Source: the human T2T-CHM13v2.0 reference genome, Homo sapiens
Direction: 5' to 3' (one strand)
Assembly (NCBI RefSeq): GCF_009914755.1
Contig: NC_060930.1
DNA: 64,000 nt
The notes below the pieces were generated by a model. It was not told where the DNA came from, ran no database searches, and saw nothing but the letters and a program-made list of their open reading frames with translations. Both the position numbers and the translations under genes were made by a program. Of this stretch, positions 17,466 through 36,786 are shown piece after piece (position 1 is the stretch's first letter; each line of letters starts with the position of its first letter).

Positions 17466-18336
17466 TTTTTTTCTTTTGAGACGGAGTCTCACTCTGTCGC
17501 CCAGGCTAGAGTGCAGTGTAGTGGCGCAATCTTGGCTCACTGCATCTCCGCCTCCCAGGTTCAAGCAATTCTCCTGCCTCAGCCTCCCAAGTAGCTGGGA
17601 TTACAGGCACGTGCCACCATGCCTGGCTAATTTTTGTATTTTTAGTAGAGATGGGGTTTCACCACATTGGCCAGGCTGGTCTCAAACTCTTGACCTCAGG
17701 TAATCCGCCCGCCTCAGCCTCCAAAGTGTTGGGATTACAAGCGTGAGCCACCATGCCCAGCCTAATTGTTCATTCTTTCATATGTATTATATTAGTCCCT
17801 TTACCTCAAATCTAATTGCTTTATCAAGAGCTTTAAACTTTCTTTTGTTGTTGTTGTTTTTGAGATGAGGTCTTGCCCTCTTGCCCAGGCTAGAGTGCAG
17901 CACAGTGATTACAGCTCATGGCAGCCTCAGATTCCTGGGCTCAAGCAATCCTCCTGCCTCAGTTTCCCAAGTAGCTGGGAGTATGGATGTGCATCAGCGT
18001 CCCTGGCTAATTTATTTATTTTTCATTTATTTTTATTGTATTATTATTTTTTTGAGACAGGGTCTCACTCTGTTACCCAGGCTAGAGTGCAGTGGCAGAA
18101 TCACAACTCACTGCAGACTCAAACTCCTGGGTTCAAGCGATCCTCCCACCTCAGCCTCCCGAGTAACTAGGATGACCGGCACAAGCCACCATGCCCAGCT
18201 AATTTTTGAAAACTTTCTGTAGAGACAGGGTCCTGCACATTGCCCAGGCTGGTCTTGAACTCCTAGGCTCAAGCCATCCTCCTGCCTCAGCTGCCAAAGT
18301 GCTGGAATTACAGGCTTGAGCCACTGCACCAGGCCC
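17466..18336 (-). mobile_element. Tandem antisense Alus: AluS 17466-17762, partial AluJ about 17840-18045, AluJ about 18045-18336
   Basis: Three Alu-like segments. The first has TSD taattgttcattctt. Confidence 0.92.
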
Positions 18337-19946
18337 TAAGAGCTCTAAACTTTCTTATCACACAGTGAATTAAAATATTTTGGATCTTAACTATCCCATA
18401 TTAAGCGATCCTTTCCTCAAATGAAAGAAAATACTTAATTAGAACATATATGTTTAAACTGATACAGTAAGTTGTTTGTAATCATATTTTAGAATAACAA
18501 ATTATGTATTAAAATCATATAACATAATGAATATTCAAGAACTCACTACTCAACCCATGACCTAAAATATTACTAATAACCTGCATCTCCCTCCATGCCC
18601 CATCCCATCTCCCTACTTCCCCAGAGGTGACCACTAGCCTGAATTTTGTGTTCCTAATTACTCCTTGTTATATGTGTGCGTGTGTGTGTGTGTGTGCGTG
18701 CATAAACTTGCTTTGACTTTTACAAAAATAGTATTATTCTCTTTGTGTTTTTCTTACTATTATCTTTCTAAGACACATCCATGTAGTTGTGTGAAACTGT
18801 AATTCATTCATTTCACTGGGGTATACATTCCACTCCAGTACTAATTTATTCACATTTTTTATTGATGGACAATTGGGTTGTAAAAGATGCTCTTTGTATT
18901 ATCTCAACAATGCAAAACTCCCCATAAGAGAATGAGAATGGTTAGGAGGAAAGGGCTGTGGCAAAGGCTCTACTCCCCATACAGTCATTACTGGGGGAAA
19001 AACATGAGCTCTAGAGTCGTAAGTCTAGGTTTAAATCCTGGTTTTGCTTTTAGGGGTGATAGATGTGTTCACTCTCTTGATTATGGTAATGGTCTCCTGT
19101 GTGTATACATATGTCAAAATTTATTAAGTTGTATACTTTAAATATGTATAGATTATTTTATGTAAGTTATACTTCAATAAAAGGCGTTTTAATAAAGAAA
19201 GATCTTGTTTCAGTATTTAAAAACTATGTGATCTTAGGCAAGTGATCTAATCTCTCCAAGATACAGTTTTCTCATCCATGATATGGGCATAATCAAAGCT
19301 ACTTTGCATGGTTGCAATAAATACTGAATATATTCACATACAGCACTGAGCACAGTCCCTGGCGCCTGAGCCTTTCCATGTGCCAAGTGCTTGGCATCAT
19401 ACTGGAAACACAGAGATCAACAAGATAGGGATGCTGTCCATTAATCTAGAAGAGAAGGCAGGTATAAACAGACCCTGATTATAGAGTAGTGGGATGGAAA
19501 CAGCAAGAGAAACTGGAATGGGTCATTGGAGACATTCTCACTGGTTTGCAGGCAAAAAGGCGTGGGAATGACAGACCCCAATTTTCTCATTTTTGTCTGC
19601 AATGGCATGGAATAAGAAGGTGCCATAACTGCAGAGCAGTGAGCATTGACTCATTTGTGTTTCTACAGTTTCCTGAAATTACTCACAGAGACCCAGTAAC
19701 ACATGATTGGACACGGAGTAATCACTTCTCGACTGTAAGCTGCCCTAGGCCAAGAATGGGATCCATATACTGAGACCAAGTAGCACTTAAAAACTTTTTT
19801 GGGGGAAAAAAAAATTGAGTGAAGCATACCAGACAAGTCAAAGAGGAATAAGAGATGACAAAATTGGGCATAATGAGGAGGAATTGAGGTAACTGAGTAA
19901 TCTTGCCCTTTTGCTTAACCAGCATGGTGCGATGAAAAGAAATGAG

Positions 19947-20094
19947 CTGCAAGGAGCCCCGCCTTCACATGCTCCCTGCAAGAAGCCCCGCCTTCACATG
20001 CTCCCTGCAAGAAGCCCCGCCTTCACATGCTCCCTGCAAGGAGCCCCGCCTTCACATGCTCCCTGCAAGGAGCCCCGCCTTCGCATGCTTCCTG
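19947..20094. repeat. 29-bp minisatellite, 5 copies (ctgcaagRagccccgccttcacatgctcc)
   Basis: aagRagcccc recurs at 19951, 19980, 20009, 20038 and 20067. Confidence 0.97.
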
Positions 20095-20614
20095 GTGCTT
20101 TCGAGCTATGTGATCTTGAGAAAGCCATTTCATATTTCTGAGTCTCCATTTCCAGATTAAAATAATAGTAATAGCTATTAAAATAATCTGTTTCATGGGG
20201 CTGTTTGTGGAAAATAAGATCTAATTTGTGAAAAAGTTCTATATCCTAACGTGTACCCCGATGAACAAGCTAAAACTTGTTCATAAACACTGGTAGTGCC
20301 ACACCTAGATAACCTGTAAAGCCATGACAATCAGAAATTCGTCAGTAGCTGCTGAAACCTCTCAAATTTATTGCCTTGGGCAGGAAATTCTATGTGGGTG
20401 GAACAAAAGACGAGATGATTGGGAGAGTGGCCAAATTTTTATAAAAACAGACATTGTCTATTGAATCATTTTCTTTGAAGCGTGGTTTGAAATACCAATC
20501 AGCTTAACAATACTTATCATCATCATCTGAGCATCTAGTCTGTGCCAGGCACTGTGCTAAGGGTTTCACAAACATTAATTTACTTCAACCTCACACCAAC
20601 TCTCCAAGGTAGGT

Positions 20615-20745
20615 TAGGGTAACTATGTAATTTTATCGAAACCAGAACACCTCTGAGAGTGAAAGGGGGTGCAATTAATAATTACACAGAATAACAGCTG
20701 TAAACCAGGGCTGTTCTAAGCAAACCGGAACATGTGGTTTTTATC
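20615..20745 (+). mobile_element. MER81-like hAT MITE inside a MIR
   Basis: tagggtaactat...gagagtgaaagggggtgcaattaataattac...caaaccggaacatgtgg. Confidence 0.7.
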
Positions 20746-21370
20746 TCTTTACAGTTGAGGAACCTGAACCTCACAGACGAAAGCAACTTATCCAAGGCCA
20801 CTGAGCTCTGACAGGTGGAAAAGCTGCCCCAAACCTACGCTCTCAAGCATCATGTTAAATAAGCCTCCTGTGTTTACAGGTATGGCAGCAAGGTTACTGC
20901 CTTTTCTTCAAAGTCTTCCTTTGATTTAAATATTTCTTATCAACAAAGCCTAAAACAGAAGCTGACATGCCAGTTCAAAGAATAACAGGAAACAGGGAAA
21001 TTTCGATTTCTGTCACGACTATTAAAGCCAACTGTTTACTGCCAAAAATCTAGATCTAATACATCTCTTTAGGGGTGAATTTTACACAAGAGATTGCATA
21101 ACTCATGATTGATATCCTTTCTGCTAAGACAATGGGGATTCTGTGAAGGTTTCCCAGATTCAGTGAACATATCATCAAATATAACTTCCGATAATGGCAG
21201 GTGGAAAAATTCCCTATCGACTCACAGTAAGTATTTTCGCACTGATAACTGACCTGCCTTCAAATGCAAGAACCTCTTTGGCAGTACTTGGCATATGCTG
21301 AAAACTGAAAAGAGAAAAAAGTCAAAAACAGTACACAAAGCAATGGTGTACTCTTTGATTTCAGAGTTGA

Positions 21371-21716
<346 letters not shown>

Positions 21717-22283
21717 TAAATTGCTTTGCCAACAGTATTTTTTTCAATGCATCATGTTTATGTTTAGATGATATGCATAACATATACAATTGGAAATATT
21801 TTCAACAATTTTCTTCTTGCTACACTATATTCCCACTTTGAACATCAAAGATATGTGTGGATCTCGTTAGCAAAACATCTTTCTTCATAACATAACACAT
21901 AGAGTCCTACTTGGTGTTTCACATTAGGATAATGAAGATAATTATTCTAGAACAATTAGCCAGAGTAAATAACCAGAATCGACGTCCTCTAGGTTCTCTT
22001 TTCTAATTTATATGTCCTTAACCTTTGCCATATTAGCAACTCATCTTAAGCACATAATGGATTTTTAATATTTGTTGAATGCAAATTAGATGATTTTTGT
22101 AAGAAATACCTCTTTTAAAGTCAATAATTTGTTAACTCATGCATCCCTTCTTCCATATAGTCACTGCTCTTTGTAACACACCCCTCCCCTCAACACCTAC
22201 TAGGAAATACAAAATAAAAGGTTTTCCAGATCGAATTTCCCTTCCAAATTGACTCCTACACACTCTATATTTAAAATGATCCC

Positions 22284-22546
<263 letters not shown>

Positions 22547-22949
22547 TCCCAACTGTTAGGGTGATGTTAAGAACATGAACCACGGTTAGGAGTCTTAGTC
22601 TTAACACGGAAGACCATACTGCTGGCCTGGAGCCCCTTTCAACAGTTACTGGATTCCCACTTGATTTCAAATGATAGCTTGATGATCTACTAAATCCCAT
22701 GAAGATTTAGGTCTATTTCTAGACTTCTATTCTGTTTTTAATATTCTGTTATACTGGTTTGCACATTCAGCTGCCACAATGGAGGAATCCCTAACTCTAT
22801 GTTCTCATACCGGGTCAAGTCAGTTCTTCCTTACTGCTCTCTTGTTTTACAGCTTTCCTAGCTATACAAACTTTAGATTCAGCTTCCTTAGTCGTCTCTC
22901 TCCTCCTCTCATCCCCCAAAGTAGCCTCAGATCAAGACAAAACAGAACA

Positions 22950-24840
<1,891 letters not shown>

Positions 24841-24878
24841 ATTACCTATGTATCTCCCATCTATCAAAAGATGATATA

Positions 24879-25223
24879 CATCAGCCCTCTATAACGTGGG
24901 GTTCTGTATCTGTCCATTCAACCAACCATGGATTAAAAGTATTTGAACAAAAAATAAAAGAATGGCTGTGTTTGTAACTGTATATATACAGACATTTTTT
25001 GTGTCATTATTCCCTAAACAATACAGTATAACAACTCTTTACATAGCATTTACATTATATTAGTTATTATAAGTAATCTAGAGGTGATCTAGTATATGAG
25101 AGGATATGTGTAGGTTATATGCAAATACTACATCATCTGATATAAGGGACTTGAGCATCCATAGATTTGGGTATTTGTGGGAAATCCTGGAACCAGTTGC
25201 CCATGGATACTGAGGGATTACTG
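24879..25223. mobile_element. MER2 (Tigger-family MITE)
   Basis: ttattccctaaacaatacagtataacaac...agggacttgagcatcc...gagggattactg|ta, flanked by TA. Confidence 0.85.
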
Positions 25224-25519
25224 TATATAATTTTTATTCCTAATCATAAAATTCTCTGCTTAAAAAATGTGTTAGAGATTTCCTGTTAGCTATGCAATAA
25301 AGGAATTCCTTCACTTAGCACTGCCCCTCTGTGAGCGCACCTCAGCCTCCCTCCACCAGCACTCCTGTTATCACTCCTGGTGAACTCAATATCCATAGCA
25401 CGGCCCATCCAACACCTACCTGAATCCTTCACAGCCTCGCTTCTAACCTGCCTTGGCTGCCTACTCTATGGACATACTCCCTGACCTACCCATTGCAGGA
25501 TGCCTGAATTGAGGTTTCA

Positions 25520-26640
25520 AAGGTATTTCAAAAATTGGTAATCCTACAGAAGTTGCCGAAGGTGCGAGAAAAAGAAAAGAATTGAGACCAGGCCCAATGT
25601 TTTTGACTTAAGTGACTGGTAGAATGGAGTTGTGGTTTACTGAGGTGGTTTTGAAAAACTATGAAAGAAGGAAGTTTTTTTTTTTGGAAATGTGAGAATC
25701 ACATATTTGGATTTGGACAAGTTTGAGATACCTGTAAGACATTTCAGTGGATATGGACAGTAAGCAGATAACTGCATGAGTCTGGGCTAAAGATATACAT
25801 TTAGGAAACATCAATGCATGGTACTTAAAGCCTTGGGACTCAGTGAAATCACCCAAGGAGTCAGACTGCTACAGAGTAGCGGGGGTACAAGGTTTGAGCC
25901 CCGAGTTAAACCAACTTTTACATATTTGGAAGAAAAGGACTATTCAACAAATGATTGAGAGGCAATGGCTAGAGAGGGAAGAGGAAAACCAGGAGTGTGT
26001 TGTGTCATGAGAGCCAAGTATTCTTAGAAGAAAAGATCATAAACAATGTCAAATGCTGAGAGGTTGAGTAAGATGAGGCCTGAGAATTAACTATTAAATA
26101 TTAGATTTGGCAACGTGGAGGTGACTGGTAGACTTAACAAGAGTAGTTTAAGTGTGCGCTGGGGATAAAAGTTTGTTTGGAGGGGCTTCAAAAGAGATTG
26201 TGAAGAAAGGAAGTGGAGATGGCAAGTCTAGACAGTTCTTTGGACATGTTTAATTATAAAGTTGAACTGAACAATGTGGTAGAAATTTGAGGGGGATGAA
26301 AGGTCAAAGTAGGGTTTCTTCAAGATGAAAGAAAATATAGCATGTTTGTATAATGATGGTTATGATGCAATCAAGACAGAAAATTGATTAGGGCTAAGAG
26401 AGAGGGATGAATTGCAAATATGAAGTCCTTGAGAGGTTGGCCTTATTCATCCCACTGGAAAAATACTGAGTGCCTACTGTGTGCCAGGCCCTGAGCTAGC
26501 CACTTGGGACACAGCAGGGCATTACAATGGCGGGAAAGGGTGAGTCCATTAAGGAGGAGATGTAAGAAGTTTGATGGGTTTGGTGATGAAAAGATATGAC
26601 CCCTGATTGCTTTTGTTTTCCTAGTGCAGCAAATACCAAG
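25520..26640 (-). mobile_element. L2 fragment(s)
   Basis: ttggacaagtttgagatacctgtaagacat..., gtcaaatgctgagaggttgagtaagatgagg. Confidence 0.7.
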
Positions 26641-26642
26641 GG

Positions 26643-27103
26643 AAGAGTCTGAGTCTGTTTTCTGTTGCTATAAAAGAATATCTGAGACTAGGTAGTTTAT
26701 AAAGAGTAGAGGTTTATTTAGCTGATGGTTTCACAGGTTGGGAAGTTCAAGGGCATGGCCCTGGCTTCTGGCAATGGCTCTTATGCTGTGTCAAAACATG
26801 GTGGAGATGATCAAAAGGGAAGCAGGCATATGCAATGAGGGGAGGATCTGAGGGGCTCCTGGCTTTATAACAACTGACTCTCACTGGAACTAATCTATTC
26901 CCACAAGAACCAATCCCATCAAGAGAGAGAGGGCAGAAACTCACTACCAAGCCAGAGAACATCACCAAGCTATTCATGAGGGATGTTCCTCCACAGCCCA
27001 GACACTTCCTACTAGGCCCCAACTTCCAACACTACCACAGTGGGATCACATTTCAATGTGAGTTTTGGTGGGGACAAACTCCATCCATATCCAAACCACA
27101 GCA
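26643..27103 (-). mobile_element. MaLR solo LTR (MSTC/D-like)
   Basis: ttgctataaaagaatatctgagactagg ... ggggacaaac...ccaaaccacagca. Confidence 0.85.
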
Positions 27104-27559
27104 GGCAGGATCTGCAAGTGAAGCAGAAGAAGTTGTGTTTGGAGATTTGAGAAGGTGTGAAATATTACTTGGGAGAGTGGAAGAATGAACTGATGAGTTA
27201 ATATAGTAGGACTGCTAGGCAGCACTTGAGGCTTGAGGTCATACATTTACAGTGAAATATACCTTGGCGTTCTTCTCTAGCCTCATTTAACTAACCAATC
27301 AGGCTTTAGTGCAAAGCAGGGAAAAGGTGGATCAAACTGGAGTTGGGTTCTTTGCCAGGAAAGTGGCAGAAGAAGAAAGGAGCCAGCAGAGTTGAAAATG
27401 TGGGCAAAGAAGTGAGTGCAATGGCAGGCCATGTAATATAAGCCAAGGAAGGATGAGTGTGTAGATGAAGAGGGCAGGGTTAATGGGTGAGAATTTCTCA
27501 GGGGGTGAAATAATTTTTGTAATGAGATTCTAGAGAGACCAAGCTAGAAAAATAGCAGA

Positions 27560-28581
27560 TGGAGTTATCCTCAACTCTTCTTTGTCTCATAACTTAAGCG
27601 AATCCTGCAGGATTCACTTTCCAAATAAACCTAGAAACACCACCACTGCCACTCTGGTCCCAGCCACCCTTGGCTATCACTTGCCTGGATTATTGCAAGG
27701 GCCTATTGTCTTGTCTCTGTGCTTCTGTCTTCCACTCTCTATGGTCTAATTTTCCTACAGACCAATCCCGTTAAATAATCAATCAGATCATGTTACTTCC
27801 CTGCTCAACTCCTCCAGTGACTCCCCATCTCACCCAGGAGCAACTAATCCAAAATCTTTACTATGGCTAATTAGGTCCTATGTGATCTGGTCCTTGGTTA
27901 TTTCCTCCAAAGTCATTATCGCCACTCTTCCCCTTGCTCAGTGCCCACTTGCTCTGGTGTGTGGCTATTCTTCTCGCAGGATAACTAAAATAAGGTTTCC
28001 AGGCCTTCCCATGTGCGATGTTCTTTTTTTTTTTTTTTTTTAAAGTTTTATTTTTTATTTTACTTTAAGTTCTGGGATACATGAGCTGAACGTGCAGGTT
28101 TGTTACATAGGTATACATGTGCCATGGTGGTTTGCTGCACCTATCAACCCGTCGTCTAGGTTTTAAGCCCCACATGCATTAGGTATTTGCCCTAATGCTC
28201 TCCCTCCCCTTTGTCCCCACCCCGCTGACAGGCCCCGGTGTGTGATGTTCCCCTCCCTGTGTCCATGTGTTCTCACTGCTCAACTCCCACTTGTGTGACG
28301 TTCTTATATGTCACTCGGTAGTCTGCTCTAATGATGACTCTCAGAGTCCTTCTTGGACACTCAATCTAAAATGGCAGTCCTGTTGCTCTAGAACTCCCCT
28401 TACCATTGTTTTATTTACCTTCATAACACGTATCACCACCTGGTGTTGTATGATGCTTGTTTGTTCACCATGATCTTTCCTTCAACAGAAGTGGCTTTGG
28501 TTCACTTGATGGCTTCTCAGGACTTAGAACAATGCTTGGCATATTGGCAAGACTGAATAAATATTTACTCAGTAAATGAAT
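27560..28581 (+). mobile_element. L2 3' region, interrupted by L1PA
   Basis: cagatcatgttacttccctgctcaa, ending gaataaatatttactcagtaaatgaat. Confidence 0.7.
28026..28291 (-). mobile_element. 5'-truncated L1PA 3' end (L1PA7/8-like)
   Basis: Poly(T), then tttaagttctgggatacatg...gtttgttacataggtatac. 14-bp TSD at 28012-28025 / 28292-28305. Confidence 0.92.
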
Positions 28582-29599
<1,018 letters not shown>

Positions 29600-29630
29600 T
29601 GAATAAACTGCTTGTTCAAAAAGCTCACAG

Positions 29631-29762
29631 AGTACAATAATACCCTAGGCCTTCACATTCACTCACCACACTCACTGAGTCACCCAGAACAACTTCATAC
29701 CCTAGGCCTTCACATTCATTCACCACACTCACTGACTCACCCAGAACAACTTCCAGTCCTGC
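29631..29762 (+). repeat. Orphan Tigger3 internal fragment with a 57-bp tandem duplication
   Basis: Units at 29640-29696 and 29697-29753, near-identical to 32641-32720. Confidence 0.9.
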
Positions 29763-30184
29763 AAGCTCACAGGGAACAATCTTACTCCACTCCCCACTTT
29801 CTACATAAGGAAATTAATGCCTTAAAGGGGTGTGATGCATCCAAAGAAACACAGCAAGTGGCAGAATTAAACTTGAAACTGATCTCCTAACTCTGAATGC
29901 CACCATCTCCTAACTAACCCCCTTCCTCATCATTCACACAACTACACTTTTGGTCTCAGTCCTCAGTGCCCTTTTGCCTGTTGCAACAGCCCCACAACTA
30001 TTCTTCTTACATACTTTACCCTCTCTGGATCCCTCCCCCATTTCCTGACTATCCAAGTCAGAAGAATTTCTTTTTCACCTAGTACTGTATGCCAAACACT
30101 TATAACAGCAGGTTATATATAATGCTTTTTATTCTACTTAGTTCTCCCTACCCTGGAGAGCTATAAAATCCTTAAGGCATGTAG

Positions 30185-30866
<682 letters not shown>

Positions 30867-31328
30867 ACTGGCCCCACATACACTCTTAAGAAACATTTAT
30901 TGCACTGGCTGCTTTCTGTTTCTAAAACATTCTTCCAGAAATGAATGATTTTTCTGTTTCTAAAATGTTCTTCCAGAAATGCTCATTCTTTCAATCCCAA
31001 TCACCTCTATGCTGAGTAAGGCCTATCCTTTTCATTTAACATTGCAACCGTCCCTCCAGTTTATTTTACTCGAGCATATGCCACTTTCTAACAGAGCAAA
31101 ATTACTTACAGTCATGTGCAGCATAATGACATTTCAGTCAACAACAGGCCGCATATATGATGGTGGTCCCATAAGGTCATAACGGAGCTGAGAAATTTCT
31201 ATTGCCTAGTGATGTTGCAGCCATCATAACACAGCACAACGCATTACTCTTGCTTGTGGTGATGCTGGTGTAAACAAACCCACTGCCCTGAGAGTCATAT
31301 AAAAAATATGACACATATAAAAATATGA

Positions 31329-31570
31329 GGCCCGGCTCAGTGGCTCACACCTGTAATCTCAGCACTTTGGGAGGCTAAGGCGGGTGGATCACCTGAGATC
31401 AGGAGTTTGAGACCAGCCTGGACAACATGGTGAAACCCCGTCTCTACTAAAAATCTACTAAGTATTGCTGGAACCCAGGAGGCAGTGGTTGCAGTGAGCT
31501 GAGATCGTGCCACTGCACTCCAGCCTGGGTGACAAGAGTGAAACTCCATCTCAAAACCAACAAAAAAACA
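31329..31570 (+). mobile_element. Internally deleted AluS inside Tigger3
   Basis: Left arm joined to the distal right arm. TSD aaaatatga. Confidence 0.9.
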
Positions 31571-31692
31571 AAATATGACACAATTATGCATAATACATCA
31601 TACTTGATAATGATAACAAGTGACTATGCTACTGGTTTATGTATTTACCATACTATATTTTTTGTTATTTTATTTTATTTTATATATATATA

Positions 31693-31978
<286 letters not shown>

Positions 31979-32449
31979 AGTATTTTTTGTTATTTTAGAA
32001 GGTATTCCTACTTATGAAAAAAACTTAACTGTAAAACAGCCTCAGGCCGGTCCTTCAGAAAATATTCCAGAAGTGGGTATTGTTATCATAGGAGATAACA
32101 GCTTCATGGGTGTTATTGCCCCGAGGAACTTCCAGTAGGACAAGATGTGGAGGGGAAGACAGTGATATTGATGCTGCTGACCCTGTATCCTGTGTAGGCC
32201 AAGGCTAATATGTGTGCTTGTGTCTTAGTGTTTAATAAAAAAGTTTAAAAAGGAAAACATTTTAAATAGAAAAATGGTTACATAATAAGGATATAAAGAA
32301 AATATCTTTGTACAGCTATACAATGTATTTATGTTTTAAGCTGTGTTATTACAAAACAGTCAAAAAGTTTAAAAAATTTAAAAGCTTACAAAGTAAAAAA
32401 GTTACAATAAGCTAAGGCTAATTTACTATTGAAGAAAGAAACATATTTC

Positions 32450-32575
32450 TTTTTTGTAGAGATGGGTTCTCAGTTTGTTGCCCAGGCTAGTCTTGAATTC
32501 CTGGACTCATGCAATCCTCCCACCTTGGCCTCTCAGAGTGCTGGGATTACAGGTGTGAGCCACTGAAACTGGCTA
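32450..32575 (-). mobile_element. Alu left monomer (FLAM-like)
   Basis: Single antisense monomer. Confidence 0.85.
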
Positions 32576-32888
32576 GAAAAATTTTTCTTTGTAAATGTGG
32601 TGCAGCCTAAGTGTGCAGTATTTATAAAGCCTGCAATAGTGTACAATAATGCCCTAGGCCTTCACATTCACTCACCACACTCACTGACTCACCCAGAGCA
32701 ACTTCCAGTCCTGCAAGCTCCATTCACGGTAAGTGCCCTATTGAGGTGTACCATTTTTCATCATTTCTGCTGCATTTTTATTGTGCCTTTCCTAGGTTCA
32801 GATACACAAATGCTCACCATTATGTTACAATTATCTAGAGTATTCAGTATAATAACATGCTGTAGCCTAGGAGCAACAGGCTATATAC

Positions 32889-33235
32889 CGGGGGTCCCCA
32901 GCCCCAAGGCCGTGCACTTGTACCCATCTGTGGCCTGTTAGGAACTGGGCTGAACAGCAGGAGGTGAGCGGCAGTCAAGCAAGCATTACTGCCTGAGCTC
33001 CGCCTCCTGTCAGATCAGCGGCAGCATTAGATTCTCATAGGAGCGCAAACCCTATTGTGAACTGTGCATGTGAGGGATCTAGGTTGTGCGCTCCTTATGA
33101 GACTCTAACTAATGTCTGATGATCTGACATGGAACAGTTTCATCCCAAAACTGCCCCACCCACCCCAGTCTGGTCCATGAAAAAATAGTCTTCCATGAAA
33201 CTGGTCCTTGGTGACAAAAAAGCTGGGGGCCACTG
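32889..33235 (+). mobile_element. MER1B (hAT-Charlie) inside Tigger3
   Basis: ggggtcccc...cagatcagcggcagcattagattctcataggagcg...gggggccactg, with an imperfect ggctatac duplication. Confidence 0.88.
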
Positions 33236-33968
33236 GGCTATCCCATCTAGCCTAGGTGTGTAGTAGGCTGTACCGTCTAGGTTTGTGTAAGTATACCCTA
33301 TGATATTTGTACAATGACCAATCACCTAACAATGCATTTCTCAGCATGTATCCCTGTCATTACACAATGCATGACTGTATTTGCTCTTAGTGCCTCCCCG
33401 TGAAATCAAAGCTCCATCAAAGACAGAGATTTCTTGCATTTGCTTTACTGTTACATCTCCAACACCTAGAATAGTCTCTGGCACATAGAAGGTGATCAAT
33501 AAGTCCTTATTTTGCAAAGGAATTATAATTTTGTGCTTGAAGGAGCTCTTTTTCAGAACACATTACAGAGGGGTGAGGAGTGTTTCTGGGTCCTAAATGA
33601 CCACCACTGCTGGCTGTACAGCTTGGATGCATCCGTGCATCACAGTGACCTAGTGAATGGCAGGAAGGGCCATGAAGATTAATAAAGATTTGGACTCAGG
33701 GCAAATATTTACTTAGTAGCAATAACTCAAAGAATTACTGTTGAATAAATAAGCCAACTAAGCAGCCAATCACGTACTATGCGGATGCACACAAATGAAA
33801 CCCTCACTTCAACCTGAAGACATTCGCACATGAGTTACGTAGAGGGACCTGCAGGAAGCGGTAGAGAAAACATAAGGCTTATGCGTTTAATTTCCACACC
33901 AATTTCAGGATCTTTGTCACTGACAGCAGCACTAAGACTTGTTAACTTTATATAGTTAAGAAGAACAA

Positions 33969-34361
<393 letters not shown>

Positions 34362-34751
34362 CTAAGGTCATCGAATTGGCTCCGTTATAGTGGGTGGCAA
34401 GTGGCTTTTTTGATGCTCCACAGAATCAAGAAATGGTTAATACAACACTGAATGAGGTAGCTCAAAGAGAAGAATGTTAAGGAAAGAAGGGAGTGGGGGA
34501 GGCAGGAAGGGGAAGAAGGCAGTTAGCTATTATGATAGTATAATTTGTTAGCTGATATTTAATTAGTATATAATAATGTCTAATTAATATATATTTGATA
34601 AAATAATTTGATATTTATTTTATTCTGAAACCAATTTCTTAACAGAGATTGCCTTGAGATGACATTCAGATCTAATGATTTAACATTTTTCTAATATACT
34701 TCAACTTGGTTCTACATATTTAAGAAAAGGAAAAATACAAGTTCCCCATAA

Positions 34752-35114
<363 letters not shown>

Positions 35115-36127
35115 ATCAAACCTGGATTTTTAAAAATCACAAAAGTAACAAAAATTTTATAGCAGCAAAGAAAGTTAAGATTTGAAAGTGGCTGGTGCTT
35201 TTGTAAGAGACCAAATATAGGAAAGCCATGAGGGCAGACACTGTAACTTGGAGAGGGTTGGGAGGGACCCCAGAAAATAGCTCTCCTCCCACAAACACCA
35301 GGCAGGTCCTCCCCACTGTCTACCTCCTCCCTTTCACAAAAAGAAGGACGCTGTGGGTCCCAAGGAGACCTGTCAGGGGTCCCACAGTCAACTTCTCATT
35401 CCTGGTCTAGTGATGCCAGTGCCAGCAAATCACACTAAGGTAATTATTACAGAAACATTTGTGTTTACTGGGATGTCATGACATATCACATCATATAAAG
35501 GATGACTTTTATATATATTCCCTTATACACGACCATTTTCTTCGCACTCATTTTCAGCAGGATAGGAGCCTGTTTTCTAGGGGGTGATTTGTCGACCCTC
35601 TCACACACATCTGGGAGAGGGCTGCTTGGCCATCGGGGTCCGTGGCAATGGTACAGAGGAGTAGAAACTAATGCAGAGGCTAACTTCCCTCAGAGTTGAG
35701 TGTCATGGTAAGCAAAGAGCTATGTGAGAATTTAGAAATTATTTTTCCATTCTCCAGAAAAATCTTAGGATGCTGTCATGACAATGCCAATTTGCTAGTG
35801 GTCTCTACACACCCAGAAACCATCTGTCTCACTGGGCCCCACTATAAACTTCTCTTCCTTCTCTGAGCATCAGTATAAGGCTAAAGTGTATCTGAATAAA
35901 CAGAAGTCCTACTCTGTAATTCACCTTCTGGTTTTCATTTTCCACTCATGCCAACAAGAGAAAAATAAAAATTTTCAAAATTAAGGTTCAGATTAATTTT
36001 GAAATGGCTGCTTTACTCATTATAGTAAGATACCGTCTTTGTATATTTTAAAGGCTCAAAGGAGTAATCCAATATGTGAAAATACCTTTCAAGAAATAGG
36101 AAAAACATTCTGTGATAAAAATCTGGG

Positions 36128-36410
36128 TGGGGAGGTAAGGAATAGGAAGTTGTTGACCAAAGGGGACAACATTTCAGACAGGAGGAATAAGTTTTTAGAT
36201 CTATTGCACAGCAGGATGACTACAATCTCTAATAATAAATTGTATATTTCAAAATAACTAAGAGTGTAAATTTCAAATGTCTTGCCGTAAAAAAAAAGGT
36301 AAGCACAGTGACAGATACGTTAGTCTGATTTAATCATTCCATATTGTATCAAATCATCACACTGTGCTCCATAAATGTATATAATTATGACTTATCAATT
36401 TAAAATATTA
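36128..36410 (+). mobile_element. L1MA 3' end
   Basis: acaggaggaataagttt...gatctattgcacagc...gtatatttcaaaataactaagag. Confidence 0.8.
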
Positions 36411-36761
<351 letters not shown>

Positions 36762-36786
36762 TCAAAAATTTAAGGTAGTAATTTCC

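Noticed and set aside
19911-20160. Repetitive ORFs, or a CRISPR-like array
   Set aside because: Contiguous 29-bp tandem units with no spacers, in eukaryotic DNA.
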